Shown in pieces: positions 54,239 to 64,000 of a stretch of DNA of 64,000 bases. The translations under genes and the position numbers were made by a program. This stretch comes from an uncultured Pyrinomonadaceae bacterium (lineage in GTDB: Bacteria; Acidobacteriota; Blastocatellia; Pyrinomonadales; Pyrinomonadaceae). The stretch is taken from contig CAXSBF010000002.1 of NCBI GenBank assembly GCA_964235785.1, forward strand, positions 201,061-265,060. Reading direction: 5' to 3'. Numbering within the stretch: position 1 is the first letter of the stretch; each line of letters begins with the position of its first letter. Under the pieces are notes generated by a model, which had not been told where the DNA came from, searched no databases, and saw nothing but the letters and a program-made list of their open reading frames with translations.

Positions 54239-55654
54239 TTATAAAATATATTGTCTGAGGTTCGGATCTTTCACAAGTTCGCCTAATTTAGCCAGCACAT
54301 AATCAGAGTCTAAAATTTGATTTTTATCTTCAATTTCGCCGCCTTGAAAGCTTATGTCTTCAAGAAGTTTTTCAAGGAGCGTGTGAAGCCTTCGCGCACC
54401 GATATTTTCAGTGGTTTTATTGATGTTTTCGGTCATCTCCGCAATCGTGGAAATAGCGTCGTCGGAGAATTGTAGGTTGATTCCTTCGGTGTTAAGCAGT
54501 GCTTGGTATTGCTTAATAAGCGAATTCTTGGGTTGTGTAAGTATGCGCTTAAGGTCGTTTAAGGATAGTGCTTCAAGCTCTACTCTGATAGGAAAGCGAC
54601 CTTGTAACTCCGGTATCAAATCAGACGGTTTTGAGACGTGGAAAGCTCCGGCGGCAATAAATAAAATGTGGTCCGTATTAACCATTCCGTAGCGCGTGTT
54701 AACGGTTGTCCCTTCGACAATCGGAAGCAAATCTCGCTGAACGCCTCCGCGCGACACATCCGGATTTCCGTTGCCTGTGTCTCGACCGGCAATCTTATCA
54801 ATCTCATCCAAAAAGATAATTCCCGATGATTCTGTTTTTTCAATCGCCGTTCGAGTAATCCGCTCCATATCAATCAGATTTTCCTGTTCCTCACGCAGCA
54901 GATAATTTCTGGCTTCGAAAATTTTTATTTTTCGGCGCACCGTTTTAGACGGAAAAAGATTTCCGAACATATCTCGAAAGTTGACGCCCATTTCCTCCAT
55001 TCCTTGTCCGCCGACAAAATCAATCATCGTGTTTGAACGGTCTTGCGTTTCTATCTCGATTAAACGCTCGTCGAGTTCGCCTTTTCTAAGTTGTTCACGG
55101 AGTTTTTCGCGCGTGTTATTTTGTTGAGGTTTTTTCGATAAATCGAGGGAATTGAGATTATTAAAATCACCTGAAAATTGCGGTTCTGAATTCGGGTAAA
55201 GGATATTAAGAATTTTTTCCTCGACATTATCTTTGGCGGTTTGTAGAACCTCTTCAAAAGCCGCCTGTTTTGTCATATCGACGGCAATATCGGTTAATTC
55301 TCTAATCATACTCTCCACGTCGCGCCCGACATATCCGACTTCGGTAAATTTCGATGCTTCGATTTTGATGAAAGGAGAATTGGCTAATTTCGCAAGCCGA
55401 CGCGCAATCTCGGTTTTGCCGACGCCGGTCGAACCAATCATTAAAATATTTTTCGGCAAAACATCCTGAGCGATTTCCGGCGGCAGCTTTTGTCTGCGAA
55501 TCCGGTTGCGAAGCGCGACAGCGACCGCTCGTTTGGCGTTTGTTTGCCCGACGACATATTTGTCCAGTTCTGCGACAATCTGACGCGGTGTCAAATCATC
55601 CAATTTTAATTTTGGTTCGGTGTTTATTATTTCGCCGCCTAAATATATAGCCAT
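54239..55654 (-). CDS. hslU: ATP-dependent protease ATPase subunit HslU
   Basis: TPRQIVAELDKYVVGQ, Walker A GSTGVGKT, IIFLDEIDK, intermediate domain, C-terminal SDYV...L. Confidence 0.97.
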   Translation of the reverse strand: MAIYLGGEIINTEPKLKLDDLTPRQIVAELDKYVVGQTNAKRAVAVALRNRIRRQKLPPEIAQDVLPKNILMIGSTGVGKTEIARRLAKLANSPFIKIEASKFTEVGYVGRDVESMIRELTDIAVDMTKQAAFEEVLQTAKDNVEEKILNILYPNSEPQFSGDFNNLNSLDLSKKPQQNNTREKLREQLRKGELDERLIEIETQDRSNTMIDFVGGQGMEEMGVNFRDMFGNLFPSKTVRRKIKIFEARNYLLREEQENLIDMERITRTAIEKTESSGIIFLDEIDKIAGRDTGNGNPDVSRGGVQRDLLPIVEGTTVNTRYGMVNTDHILFIAAGAFHVSKPSDLIPELQGRFPIRVELEALSLNDLKRILTQPKNSLIKQYQALLNTEGINLQFSDDAISTIAEMTENINKTTENIGARRLHTLLEKLLEDISFQGGEIEDKNQILDSDYVLAKLGELVKDPNLRQYIL

Positions 55655-55675
55655 TTTGATACAAGTGTATAGAAA

Positions 55676-56227
55676 CTAAATTTCTTCAAAAATAATTTCG
55701 GAATTGGTGTATATGCAAATATCGCTCGCAATTTTCAAGGACTCGACTGCAATTTCCCTGGCGGACAGTTCCGTGTGTTTGCTCAGCGCGCGGGCGGCGG
55801 CAAGAGCAAACATACTGCCCGAACCGACCGACAGCAAACCGTCATCCGATGAAATTACGTCACCTTTGCCGGAAATCAAAAAGGCGTTATTTTTGTCCGC
55901 GACTATCAAAAGAGCTTCCAAATGGCGCAAGTATTTATCCGTCCGCCAATCTTTGCTCAACTCAATGGCAGCGCGTTCCAGTTGTCCCTGAAATTGTTCG
56001 AGTTTGACTTCAAATTTCGATAAAAGCGAAAAAGCATCCGCGGTTGCGCCGGCAAACCCGACCAGAATCGTATCGTTAAAAATGCGGCGCACTTTTCGCG
56101 CATTTCCCTTAATAACCGTTTCGCCTAAAGTTACCTGACCGTCGCCAGCCATAGCTGTCTGACCGTTTCGATTAACCAATAAAACAGTCGTCGATTTTAT
56201 TTTTTGTAAATAATTCTTCGGTTTCAT
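55676..56227 (-). CDS. hslV: ATP-dependent protease subunit HslV
   Basis: TT(V)L.V..NG..A.AGDGQVTLG (N-terminal Thr nucleophile after Met region), GFAGATADAF. Confidence 0.95.
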   Translation of the reverse strand: MKPKNYLQKIKSTTVLLVNRNGQTAMAGDGQVTLGETVIKGNARKVRRIFNDTILVGFAGATADAFSLLSKFEVKLEQFQGQLERAAIELSKDWRTDKYLRHLEALLIVADKNNAFLISGKGDVISSDDGLLSVGSGSMFALAAARALSKHTELSAREIAVESLKIASDICIYTNSEIIFEEI

Positions 56228-56306
56228 AAAACTATTAATGATAAATCTTTAAACTAAAATCCTCAAATTGACAGAAGTGTGAAAAAGTTTGAACATTGTA
56301 AAGTTT

Positions 56307-57050
56307 ATGAATACAAGACCGAGAATAGGAATCACGATGCGCCTCGAATTGGAAACAAATCGTTTTTGTCTCGGGCGTGATTACAGCGAAGCATTAGAGG
56401 ATTACGGGGCGATACCGATTCAACTGCCGTTAATCCCGAAAAGGGAATATATTGCTGAGGCATTAAAAACATTAGACGGAATTTTGTTGCCGGGAAGCGA
56501 CTCGGATATTGACCCGCTACTTTACGGAGAAGAGCCGTTACCGAATTTGGGACAAGTGATTCCTGAAAAGGACGAAACCGATTTACTTGTTTTAAATGAA
56601 GCGGAAAAGTTAAAATTGCCAATTTTAGCAATTTGTTTCGGTATGCAGATCTTAAATGTTTCGCGTGGCGGGACACTGATTCAAGACATTAGTTCGCAGA
56701 TTGAAAATTGTTTAAAACACGAGCAAGGAAAACCAGCCAAGAGAAATTCGCACAGTCTCGAAATAAAAGAGAATAGTAGAATGTCGCGTCTGATAACGAC
56801 AGGCGAGAAGAATAATATCAAAGTTAACAGCTCGCACCACCAGTCAATCAAAAATGTCGGCGAAAATTTAGTGGCAACTGCTTGGGCAAAAGATGGCGTA
56901 ATCGAATGCATCGAAGATACGAGAAAAGATAGATTTGTGCTCGGCATTCAATGGCATCCCGAACTTTCTTGGAATTTTGATGATTTATCAAAAAATATTT
57001 TTCAAACATTTGTGAATCAATGTTCTGAATTCAGATTGAGGGCGAGATAA
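56307..57050 (+). CDS. Gamma-glutamyl-GABA hydrolase-like class I glutamine amidotransferase (peptidase C26)
   Basis: PRIGIT, LLPGSDSDIDP, nucleophile elbow AICFGMQ, HHQSI, QWHPE. Confidence 0.85.
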   Translation: MNTRPRIGITMRLELETNRFCLGRDYSEALEDYGAIPIQLPLIPKREYIAEALKTLDGILLPGSDSDIDPLLYGEEPLPNLGQVIPEKDETDLLVLNEAEKLKLPILAICFGMQILNVSRGGTLIQDISSQIENCLKHEQGKPAKRNSHSLEIKENSRMSRLITTGEKNNIKVNSSHHQSIKNVGENLVATAWAKDGVIECIEDTRKDRFVLGIQWHPELSWNFDDLSKNIFQTFVNQCSEFRLRAR

Positions 57051-57055
57051 AATTT

Positions 57056-58243
57056 GTGGGACAATTTCAAAGTAAAATTATCAAATTGGGGCTGGAAAAG
57101 GTTCTTGATGAAAAGCTCGATGTTTTAAGAAATTTACGAGTTGGTTTGATTTGCAATCAAGCATCGGTCAACCACGAATTCCGGCACGCGGCAGATTTAT
57201 TTAACGATAACGCTCAAATAAATCTGGTTAAATTATTCGGACCGCAGCACGGAATACGCGGAGATGTCCAAGACAATATGATTGAAACATCTCACGGTAT
57301 CGACCAAGCCACGGGTTTACCGGTTTTTTCGCTTTACAGCGAAACGCGCGAGCCGACCGAAGAAATGCTTTCGGACTTGGACGCCCTGGTTTTTGATTTG
57401 CAAGATGTCGGATGTCGTGTCTATACATTTATTTATACGATGGCGAATTCAATGATTGCCTGCGCGAGATTCGGTAAAAAGATGATTGTTTTGGATCGTC
57501 CGAACCCGATTGGAGGTCTTGCAGTAGAAGGAAACACGCTCGAACAGGGAAACGAATCATTTGTCGGACAATACACGATTCCGATGCGGCACGGATTGAC
57601 CGTCGGTGAACTCGCCGCTTTATTTAATCGTGAATTCGGGATAAATTGCGAATTGGAAATTATTGAAATGGACGGCTGGGAACGCGGTAGTTTTTATGAC
57701 GAAACCGACGCGCCGTGGGTAATGCCCTCGCCGAATATACCGACCGTCGATTCTACGGTCGTCTTTCCAGGAACGGTTTTTTTCGAGGGAACTCAAGTGT
57801 CCGAAGGACGCGGCACGACTCGTCCGTTTGAAATAATAGGCGCATCCTATATCGATGCAAAAGAATACGCTGACGCGCTTTGTTCACTGAAACTTCCGGA
57901 CGTTTATTTTAGACCGATTAACTTCCTGCCGACCTTTCAAAAACAGGCGGGCAACACTTGCGGCGGCGTGTTTGTACATATTCTCGACAGGAAAGCGTTC
58001 GAGCCTGTTATTACCGGACTGGCGATGGTAAAAACGATTTTTGATTTATACCCGACCGAATTTAAATGGAAAAATCCTCCTTACGAATATGTATTTGACC
58101 GCAATCCGTTTGATGTGATTGCCGGAACGCAAAACATTCGAAATATGATTGAAAAAAACATTTCGGTAGAAGAAATAAAACTTTCGTGGCAAAAAGACGT
58201 AGAAGATTTCGAGAAGTTAAGAAAACAATACTTTTTATATTGA
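57056..58243 (+). CDS. DUF1343 family protein (NamZ-like exo-beta-N-acetylmuramidase)
   Basis: RVGLICNQASV, LFGPQHGIRGD, DLQDVGCRVYT.IYTM, and FEGT.VSEGRGTT motifs typical of DUF1343. Confidence 0.85.
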   Translation: MGQFQSKIIKLGLEKVLDEKLDVLRNLRVGLICNQASVNHEFRHAADLFNDNAQINLVKLFGPQHGIRGDVQDNMIETSHGIDQATGLPVFSLYSETREPTEEMLSDLDALVFDLQDVGCRVYTFIYTMANSMIACARFGKKMIVLDRPNPIGGLAVEGNTLEQGNESFVGQYTIPMRHGLTVGELAALFNREFGINCELEIIEMDGWERGSFYDETDAPWVMPSPNIPTVDSTVVFPGTVFFEGTQVSEGRGTTRPFEIIGASYIDAKEYADALCSLKLPDVYFRPINFLPTFQKQAGNTCGGVFVHILDRKAFEPVITGLAMVKTIFDLYPTEFKWKNPPYEYVFDRNPFDVIAGTQNIRNMIEKNISVEEIKLSWQKDVEDFEKLRKQYFLY

Positions 58244-58374
58244 GATATAAAGCTAATTATAGAAATACATAAAACCGGAATACTAGAACTTCAAAAAAAA
58301 CCTATTTTGATTGGTTGTCAAATATTAGTTTTCAGACGGTTAAGATTCCGGTTAAAATTTTAAGGATAATATAA

Positions 58375-58755
58375 ATGGATAATCCATATTTTGTCGGTAT
58401 CATATCGTGGTTTTTTCCGGGCGCCGGTTATTTTCTGCAGCGACGTTGGAAAAGGGGAATAATTATCGGCGCGGTAATTTGGACGATGTTTATAATTGCC
58501 CTTCTGAGCGGCGGCGCATATTATCCCGGCTTTGAATATAAGGACGGAGCATTGCTTTATCTGTTGAATGTTTTTGCCAGATTGGGTAACGGCTTGGGCG
58601 CAATTATCAGTTTCATCTTATCTGCCAGCCCGCCGCCGAATGTCGCGTCCTGGGCGACGTTTGAATACGGCGGAAGGTTTTTGGAAATTGCCGGTCTGCT
58701 GAATTTTTTAGCGACACTCGACGCGATTGATATTAATTTAGGGAGAAAAAAATGA
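58375..58755 (+). CDS. Small integral membrane protein (hypothetical)
   Basis: Three or four hydrophobic helices (IISWFFPGAGYF, IIIGAVIWTMFIIALL, LGAIISFIL). Confidence 0.55.
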   Translation: MDNPYFVGIISWFFPGAGYFLQRRWKRGIIIGAVIWTMFIIALLSGGAYYPGFEYKDGALLYLLNVFARLGNGLGAIISFILSASPPPNVASWATFEYGGRFLEIAGLLNFLATLDAIDINLGRKK

Positions 58756-58922
58756 TTCACTTTCTATATTTAGTCGGGTTTGCTTTTTTCGTCTCAATCG
58801 CCTTCGGAGTTTTTACCAGCGGAAATTCCAGAGAGAAATTTATTTACGGGCTGAAAATTTTCGCGCAATTTATTTTAATCAGTCTGATTTTAGCCTGGAT
58901 TTTTTATTTTTTGCCTAGGTAG
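58752..58922 (+). CDS. 56-aa two-TM membrane peptide (below ORF-track cutoff)
   Basis: Own translation: MIHFLYLVGFAFFVSIAFGVFTSGNSREKFIYGLKIFAQFILISLILAWIFYFLPR. Its ATG overlaps the upstream TGA (ATGA) and it ends 6 nt before recO. Confidence 0.45.
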   Translation: MIHFLYLVGFAFFVSIAFGVFTSGNSREKFIYGLKIFAQFILISLILAWIFYFLPR

Positions 58923-58928
58923 TAACAA

Positions 58929-59681
58929 ATGGGTTTAGTTGAAACGGAAGGTTTAGTTTTAAAAAGCTACAGTCTGGCGGAAGCCGACAAAATCGTCGTG
59001 CTGCTGACTCAAAACGAAGGATTGGTGCGCGGCGTCGCAAAAGGGGCGAAACGTCTAAAAAGTCGTTTCGGCGGCGGCTTGGAACCATTTTCCGTCGTTC
59101 AGATTTCGTATTTTCAAAAAGAGGAACGGGAACTCGTTTCGATTAGCCAAATCGAGTTGATAAAATCCTATTTTGAAAACGCGAGCGAACCGGAGTTTTT
59201 TGAAAAATTTGCATATTTGGTTGAATTGTTGGTTGAATTTGCGCCGCCGCACGACCCGAATGAAAAGCTTTACCGGATGGCAAAGGTTTGCCTTGAAACC
59301 GCCGCCGAAAACCCGCAATTGCTTGACGGCATAGTCGTCTATTTTGAGCTTTGGATACTTCGACTCGGCGGCTATTTGCCGGACTGGAATACTTGTGATA
59401 ACTGCAGGAGGGAACTCGGCTCCGATGAAAATACCGCGCTGCAAATAAATTTTCATCTTCAATGCCGGAGTTGTCAAAAAGGGCGAAATGATTGGAAGAT
59501 TTCTGCACGAGAAAGGGAAATCTTCAAAAATGCCCAGCGATTTTCACCGGGAAAATTCGTCGAATTTGCTGCCGGTAGAGAAAAGGATGTTAGGGAAATC
59601 TCGAGTATTTTAAGAAGAATCATTTCAAATATTCTCGGCAGAGACATAAACGCCGAGAAAAAATCTGTGGCAGGCACATAA
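58929..59681 (+). CDS. recO: DNA repair protein RecO
   Basis: N-terminal OB fold (EGLVLKSYSLAEADKIV.LLT...G), zinc-finger CDNC...CRSC. Confidence 0.9.
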   Translation: MGLVETEGLVLKSYSLAEADKIVVLLTQNEGLVRGVAKGAKRLKSRFGGGLEPFSVVQISYFQKEERELVSISQIELIKSYFENASEPEFFEKFAYLVELLVEFAPPHDPNEKLYRMAKVCLETAAENPQLLDGIVVYFELWILRLGGYLPDWNTCDNCRRELGSDENTALQINFHLQCRSCQKGRNDWKISAREREIFKNAQRFSPGKFVEFAAGREKDVREISSILRRIISNILGRDINAEKKSVAGT

Positions 59682-59686
59682 TAAAA

Positions 59687-61966
59687 ATGAACCGTTTCGG
59701 ATGGTTAATCTCGAGCTATTTGCTGCGGACGATTCTTCCTTATTTTTCGTTTGCGTGGATTTTACTCAGCGTTATTTTATTCGTTCAGCAAGCTGGTCGT
59801 TATTCGGATATTTTCTTTAGTTCAAATATTCCCAAAAATTTGATTTGGCAGCTAACATTGGCGCTCGTGCCGAATGTGATTGCCTTTACCTGTCCAATGG
59901 CGGTTTTGCTCGGCGTTGTCATCGGACTTTCTAAAATGCAGAGCGACAGTGAACTTGTCGCCATTCGCACGGCTGGCGTCGGCGGTCTTCAGATAACCGT
60001 TCCAATACTATTTTTTGGCATTCTGTTCTCGGGTTTTACATTTCTGGTAAATATCTATGGAGTGCCGTTTGCCGCTCGAATTGTCGGCAAAATTTTTATT
60101 CAGACGGCAATCTATAAGCTCGAATCGCCGATTGAACCGGGCGTTTTTAATACCGAAATCAACGGTTTTACGATTTATGTCAAAGACGGGGATTTTGAAA
60201 AGGGAACATGGAAGAACGTTTTTATATTTACCGAAAACCAGGAGTCCGGGCAGTCGCGTCTGATAACGTCAAAAAGTGGAAGAATTGACAACAAGGATGA
60301 AGTTTCGGAATTAGTATTGGAAAATGCAGTTGTAAACACTTTTTCGACTGATGATTTACAAGCCAAAACCGTTTCGGAAACCGTCGGTCAAATCAGATAC
60401 TCTATAAAAACAAAACGCGGCGAGTTGATTCAAAAGATGAGCAGCCGGGAGGAAACTTCCGAAGAGTTGGGTTTAAGAGAACTAGCCCGGTCTGTAAAAA
60501 CAAAAGAAGGGAAAGAGAAAACCGAAGCCCAGATAATTCTACAGCGAAGAATTATTCTCTCTCTGACGCCTCTGATTTTTGCGCTGCTCGGAACCGCGCT
60601 GGTTTTAAGGTTCAATCGCGGCGGCAGAGGTTTCGGAATTTTTTTGGCTCTGATTAGTTTAATCGCTTATTATTTAGTCGCGCTGCTTGGCGAACAACTT
60701 GCCAGAACGAATATTATCAGCGTCTTCACCGCCAGCCTTTTCCCGATTTTTATCAGCCTTTTGATGATTCTTTATTTTAATTCCTCCGCCCGGCTTTTTT
60801 CAAAAAAACATTTTAGTAGCGTCAGAGAAAAATTCAACACTAGACGCGCGTCGAATTCGAGTAAAGCTTCAAAAGAAGTTACATATTTCAATTTATCCGG
60901 CGGAATTTTAGATTTCGATATTATTTTTAATTTAATCAGGTATTTCCTGTTGACCTTTTCATTTTTAACTTTTATCTATTTGATTTTTACCGTTTTCGAG
61001 CTTTGGAAATTCGTCGCCGATTTGAATAATGGATTGGAGCTTCTGACGAGATACCTCTTCTTTCTGCTGCCGTATATTTATATTCAACTCGCGCCGTCGG
61101 CGCTAATGATTGCTATTTTGACGACCTTTGTTATCAAATCGAGACAAAATGAAATCATCACCTGGATGGCTGCCGGTCAAAGCATTTTTCGGCTTTTGCT
61201 GCCGTGTTTTATTCTGATGATTTTTGTCGGTTTAGTTAATTGGGAATTGCAGGAAAGCATTTTACCGACCACAAACCAAACACAGGATAGATTAAGAGAA
61301 CAAATCCGCAGCCGCGGCATATTAGCTAAAAAAACGGGCAAATCCTGGGTTGCCAACGACAAACGTATTTATTCTTTTGAGCTGGACGAAGGCAGGACGG
61401 AAAATTTTCAAAAAGTAAAAAATCTTTCGATTTATGAATTTTCGGACGATGACGCAGTGCTTCAAACCGTCTATCGGACAAAAGATGCGATTTGGGCAAA
61501 GGACAAAATAAAATTCGGCGCAATCGCGGAAAAAATTGTATGGAACAATAATAAGATTGACACGAGCCAAATTCTAAACGGAGAAATAATCGAAAACTCC
61601 AGTCCGTTCGATAACTTGTATGAAAAACCGAGCCATTTAGATTCGCAGACGCTAAAGAAACAAATCGCTGAAAGCGAAGTTGAACAAAAAGACTACGAAG
61701 TCGCACTCGAAAAGAAGTATTCGACTCCGTTTCTGCCTTTTGTAATCGCGCTTTTCACCGCGCCGTTTGCCTTGTCTTTGAACCGCAAAGGGAAGGTTGC
61801 AACCATCGGCTACGCAATCGGAGTCTGGCTTTTATTTATGGGATTGACCGGCGCTTTCGAGCAGTTCGGGCTAAACGGTTTTCTATCTCCGAGGTTTGCG
61901 ATTTGGACTCCGTTATTTTTATTCTCGCTGCTCGGCATAATTCTGCTTTCAAAAGTCAAAACATAA
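59687..61966 (+). CDS. Fused LptF-LptG-type LPS export permease (two YjgP/YjgQ units in one polypeptide)
   Basis: Two consecutive units, each with 3 TM, a soluble ~150-aa domain, then 3 TM. The first starts LISSYLLRTILPYFSFAWILLSV and the second ILDFDIIFNLIRYFLLTFSFLTF. Confidence 0.8.
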   Translation: MNRFGWLISSYLLRTILPYFSFAWILLSVILFVQQAGRYSDIFFSSNIPKNLIWQLTLALVPNVIAFTCPMAVLLGVVIGLSKMQSDSELVAIRTAGVGGLQITVPILFFGILFSGFTFLVNIYGVPFAARIVGKIFIQTAIYKLESPIEPGVFNTEINGFTIYVKDGDFEKGTWKNVFIFTENQESGQSRLITSKSGRIDNKDEVSELVLENAVVNTFSTDDLQAKTVSETVGQIRYSIKTKRGELIQKMSSREETSEELGLRELARSVKTKEGKEKTEAQIILQRRIILSLTPLIFALLGTALVLRFNRGGRGFGIFLALISLIAYYLVALLGEQLARTNIISVFTASLFPIFISLLMILYFNSSARLFSKKHFSSVREKFNTRRASNSSKASKEVTYFNLSGGILDFDIIFNLIRYFLLTFSFLTFIYLIFTVFELWKFVADLNNGLELLTRYLFFLLPYIYIQLAPSALMIAILTTFVIKSRQNEIITWMAAGQSIFRLLLPCFILMIFVGLVNWELQESILPTTNQTQDRLREQIRSRGILAKKTGKSWVANDKRIYSFELDEGRTENFQKVKNLSIYEFSDDDAVLQTVYRTKDAIWAKDKIKFGAIAEKIVWNNNKIDTSQILNGEIIENSSPFDNLYEKPSHLDSQTLKKQIAESEVEQKDYEVALEKKYSTPFLPFVIALFTAPFALSLNRKGKVATIGYAIGVWLLFMGLTGAFEQFGLNGFLSPRFAIWTPLFLFSLLGIILLSKVKT

Positions 61967-62026
61967 AAAAGCGCGAGTCTTTATCGATTCGCGCTTTTAT
62001 TTTTCGTTTAAAGTCGAATAGCCGAA

Positions 62027-63313
<1,287 letters not shown>

Positions 63314-63405
63314 TTATAAATATTTAGAAAGTTGATTTGCGGCAAATGATTTGAGCCGGATAAAAATACCTACGCTAAAAATCATTTCCTATTAAAATTG
63401 TTTTA

Positions 63406-64000
63406 TTAAACGCCGATTGCCGCACTCAGAGCGTTAAGCAGAGCATCGGCTTTGTCGGTTTTCTCCCAGGTAAATTCGTCATTGGTGCGCCCGAAATGTC
63501 CGAACTTAGCGGTTGCCTTGAAAATCGGACGGCGCAAATCGAGCGTATCAATAATACCTTTCGGCGTCAGCTCAAAATTCTTGCGGACGACTTCCGAAAG
63601 TTTATCTTCGTCAACTCTGCCCGTGCCGTGCGTATCTACTCGAACCGAAACCGGCTCGGCAACTCCGATGGCATAAGCAAGCTGAACAGTACATTTTTCA
63701 GCCAAACCTGAAGCAACGATATTTTTTGCAATATAACGCGCCATATAAGCCGCCGAACGGTCAACTTTCGTCGGGTCTTTACCGGAGAAAGCGCCGCCGC
63801 CGTGCGGTGCGTATCCGCCGTAGGTGTCGACAATAATTTTACGCCCGGTAACACCGGCATCACCCATCGGACCGCCGACGACAAAACGTCCCGTCGGATT
63901 GATATGATATTTTGTATCTCCGTCAAGCAGATTTGATGGAACAGTTGTTTTGATAATTTTTTCTAAGACATCTGCGCGGAGTTGTTCGGTCGAAACTTCT
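63406..64000 (-). CDS. metK: S-adenosylmethionine synthetase, C-terminal part (5' end outside window)
   Basis: [37 protein letters not shown] and AYAIGVAEP motifs; the frame stays open to the window edge. Confidence 0.95.
   Translation of the reverse strand, partial: EVSTEQLRADVLEKIIKTTVPSNLLDGDTKYHINPTGRFVVGGPMGDAGVTGRKIIVDTYGGYAPHGGGAFSGKDPTKVDRSAAYMARYIAKNIVASGLAEKCTVQLAYAIGVAEPVSVRVDTHGTGRVDEDKLSEVVRKNFELTPKGIIDTLDLRRPIFKATAKFGHFGRTNDEFTWEKTDKADALLNALSAAIGV

Overview
A 64-kb chromosomal segment from a Gram-negative (diderm) bacterium with moderate GC and tightly packed genes. I support about 57 CDS (two are cut by the window edges), 2 tRNAs (Leu-GAG, Lys-CTT), several hairpin terminators and a set of unusual intergenic repeat hairpins. 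I found no rRNA, CRISPR array, transposase, integrase, phage genes or recognisable defence system.

Housekeeping genes dominate: feoB, purC, uvrB, tpiA-secG, an Mla-like ABC transporter, mutS, alr, an acyl-CoA carboxyltransferase, tal, hslVU, recO, LptF/G and ahcY-metK.

The gene content suggests an Acidobacteriota-like lineage, but this is inference only. It includes a CadC-like/TPR transmembrane regulator, zinc-ribbon/PEGA/FHA Ser/Thr kinases, many FG-GAP/VCBS-type propeller proteins, and an ECF sigma/anti-sigma pair.

The most unusual items are:
- A secreted PAN/Apple-LCCL fusion protein with a degenerate tandem paralog preceded by a (GGC)9 tract.
- A six-repeat Ca-binding-like FG-GAP module on three otherwise unrelated secreted proteins. 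These are a GH13 amylase with a nested PPC-like insertion, a stand-alone copy with a gene remnant beside it, and a 1146-aa protein with three protease-less P-domains joined by Thr/Pro linkers.
- Intergenic hairpins whose arms are short tandem repeats of 7-9 nt. Two of them are copies of a nested palindromic element sharing TATCTCAAAAAT / ATTTTTGAGATA outer arms.
- One soluble hybrid histidine kinase flanked by three paralogous stand-alone receiver proteins.
- A single-polypeptide LptF-LptG fusion.
- A 736-bp AT-rich ORF-free tract next to an AT-rich DUF402 gene.

I do not see a clear multi-gene novel system. The findings are ranked accordingly, and all domain calls come from motif recognition by eye and need HMM or structure confirmation.
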